Below are positions 62,242-64,000 of a DNA stretch of 64,000 nt, in pieces. The notes beneath the pieces were generated by a model that had not been told where the DNA came from, searched no databases, and saw nothing but the letters and a program-made list of their open reading frames with translations. A program made the translations under genes and the position numbers. The first letter of the stretch is position 1. Each line of letters begins with the position of its first letter. The DNA comes from an uncultured delta proteobacterium (lineage in GTDB: Bacteria > Desulfobacterota > Desulfobacteria > Desulfobacterales > QNYZ01), in contig CAWJQU010000004.1 of assembly GCA_963845145.1 (NCBI GenBank), positions 256,001 through 320,000 on the forward strand, in the 5' to 3' direction.

Positions 62242-63231
62242 CTAATTTAGTTTGTCCAAATCTGGTTTTTTCACATGCGGTTTATTCACATGTGGTTTAT
62301 CAAGTCGGGCATGATAAAATTGTTTGATCTCATCCTTTTGAAAGCGATAGCTGGTGTTGCAGAAATGGCAGGTAACCGCCAAGGGAAATGGCCCCTTTTC
62401 AATAATATCCGCCAATTCGGTCACAGGCATTATGCGAATGTAGCCTCCCATTCGGTCTCTGTTACAGGAGCAGTGGAATTCAACCCGCTCATGGTCCAGG
62501 ATTTTGGGCTTCTGGTCTGCAAAATGTTTAGCCAAAAGGGATTCCGGGGTTTCCCGAGCCGCACTCCATTCACCCAAAGAAGGCATACGGGCCACACGCT
62601 CTTCCAAGGTGGATAATAAGGATTCTTTCGCCTGGGGTAGAGCCTGCAAAAAAAGACCGCCCGCTCCTGCCACTAAGCCCTGGCGGTCAAATTTGATACT
62701 AAGATGAAATGCCGTGGGGATCTGCTCCGATTCAAAATAGTAATTGGCCAGGTCTTTAGCCAGGCTACCGTTGAGCAAGGCGGTTTGACCGGTAAACGGA
62801 TGTTTAGCATCTTGAAGATAGCGGGTCAGGGACAGCACACCCGGTCCGTAGAATGGCGTCAGGTCAAAGCTTTCCATGGGCTGCTCGAGAGGAATGGGGA
62901 CACGGAACAGATACCCGCGCACTTCTCCTAATGTATTGGCATCGACAGCCCAACCTTTGATGGGACCACTGCAATTTATTTGAATTCGTAGTCGATTGGT
63001 GGCTTTTAGTTCTGCTGCCGTGAGCGCCGCAGCCAGGTAGGCTTGCCCCAAAACGAAAGTTTCTAAAATGCCCAATTTATGATTGGCACGCATTTCCGTA
63101 ATCATCCTTGGCGCATTGATCAGTGCACCACGCACCGTCCCACCCCCAAGAACGAATTTATAGACGCGATCCCGGGCACGTGCTTTTAGAGCAGCTTTCC
63201 GAACATCCCCTTTAATTTTAACTTTTTCCAT
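62242..63231 (-). CDS. hslO: Hsp33 redox-regulated chaperone
   Basis: GEVRGY, SEQIPT, AGGLFLQALP, CSC...CHFC. Confidence 0.92.
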   Translation of the reverse strand: MEKVKIKGDVRKAALKARARDRVYKFVLGGGTVRGALINAPRMITEMRANHKLGILETFVLGQAYLAAALTAAELKATNRLRIQINCSGPIKGWAVDANTLGEVRGYLFRVPIPLEQPMESFDLTPFYGPGVLSLTRYLQDAKHPFTGQTALLNGSLAKDLANYYFESEQIPTAFHLSIKFDRQGLVAGAGGLFLQALPQAKESLLSTLEERVARMPSLGEWSAARETPESLLAKHFADQKPKILDHERVEFHCSCNRDRMGGYIRIMPVTELADIIEKGPFPLAVTCHFCNTSYRFQKDEIKQFYHARLDKPHVNKPHVKKPDLDKLN

Positions 63232-63623
63232 ATTATTCCGATGGGTAAATTTTTATCTTTCGATTCATATTGATTTATGAGCCAACCTTTATCCGGCTTG
63301 TTCTTGAATGTCAAAGATCACTCAACCATTGGGCGGAACCCAACATTTTAACGCATAATGAATTGAAGCGACCATTAAAGGTAGCCTTTGAGCAGCGTTT
63401 GCGCAGGCCATCGCTTTCCTGCCAACACTCATTGTTGTTTTCGGCCTCAGGAGTCCGTTTTCGTTTTAAAAAGTGAGGTAACAAGAGATCGCCGGTATCT
63501 ATTTTGCATGTCAATTGGAATACATGGACTTGGTTTAATCATTGACTTAATTGATGAAAGTGGTATCTACCCAAAGAAAAATTGTGATGTGGACCTTTCA
63601 ATCGTAACTGGAGTTTGAATTTA

Positions 63624-64000
63624 GTGGATTCTGATCGTCGTTTGTTTTTAAAAACCGGCATTGCGGCCATGGCCTTACTTTGGCACCCGCAAAGTGCTTT
63701 TTCCGCCATTAATAAGGCACCTGTCGTCAAAAAGACCTTAGATTTCTATAATACCCATACCGGTGAGCGGATTGTCGCTGCCTATTATGTTAACGGTGAA
63801 TACCAACCCCGGCAATTGGGCAAAATAAATCATATTCTCCGCGATCACCGAACCGAAAGTATCCACCCCATTGATACGGAATTACTAAACATCCTCTTCG
63901 ATATTCAATCCCATCTCAAAATCAGAAAACCGTTTCATGTGATTTCCGGTTACCGATCACACGCCACGAACGCCATGCTCGCCAAATCGTCTTCCGGTGT
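63624..64000 (+). CDS. YcbK/DUF882 (MepK-like M15) peptidase, Tat-exported, runs off the window
   Basis: DRRLFLK Tat motif, YNTHTGE, LRDHR, VISGYRS..TN. Confidence 0.88.
   Translation, partial: MDSDRRLFLKTGIAAMALLWHPQSAFSAINKAPVVKKTLDFYNTHTGERIVAAYYVNGEYQPRQLGKINHILRDHRTESIHPIDTELLNILFDIQSHLKIRKPFHVISGYRSHATNAMLAKSSSG

Overview
About 64 kb of bacterial chromosome. Gene content (tetraheme cytochrome c3, RnfB-GltD fusion, delta-type Zur box, several selenoproteins) points to a Desulfobacterales-like Desulfobacterota; this is an inference. Most of the window is housekeeping: TolC/TetR, znuACB-zur, priA, purine salvage, ADP-forming acyl-CoA ligase, rlmN, hslO. The main hidden feature is four genes that the ORF track breaks at an in-frame UGA and that read as selenoproteins, each with a SECIS-like hairpin just downstream: DUF1573 (U-G-C), radical SAM ArsS (C-terminal U), an exported rhodanese (C-A-U) and an orphan PrdB/GrdB-like protein (U-x-x-C). 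Three of them lie in one ~11 kb redox/selenium island (38.0-48.7 kb) together with a TIGR04282-type transferase, an ECF sigma/zinc anti-sigma pair, a flavin disulfide reductase, an AhpD-like protein, a LysR, an exported YyaL-like thioredoxin and DUF3047. Also seen: a solo integron gene cassette with an attC site followed by a group II intron 5' fragment, a ~165 bp palindromic MITE-like element with three partial copies, a second repeat family, a GTAG REP, a stand-alone M35 propeptide gene beside its protease, two broken genes, and many short tandem microduplications. Family assignments come from motif recognition by eye, not from database searches. No rRNA, tRNA or CRISPR array was seen.
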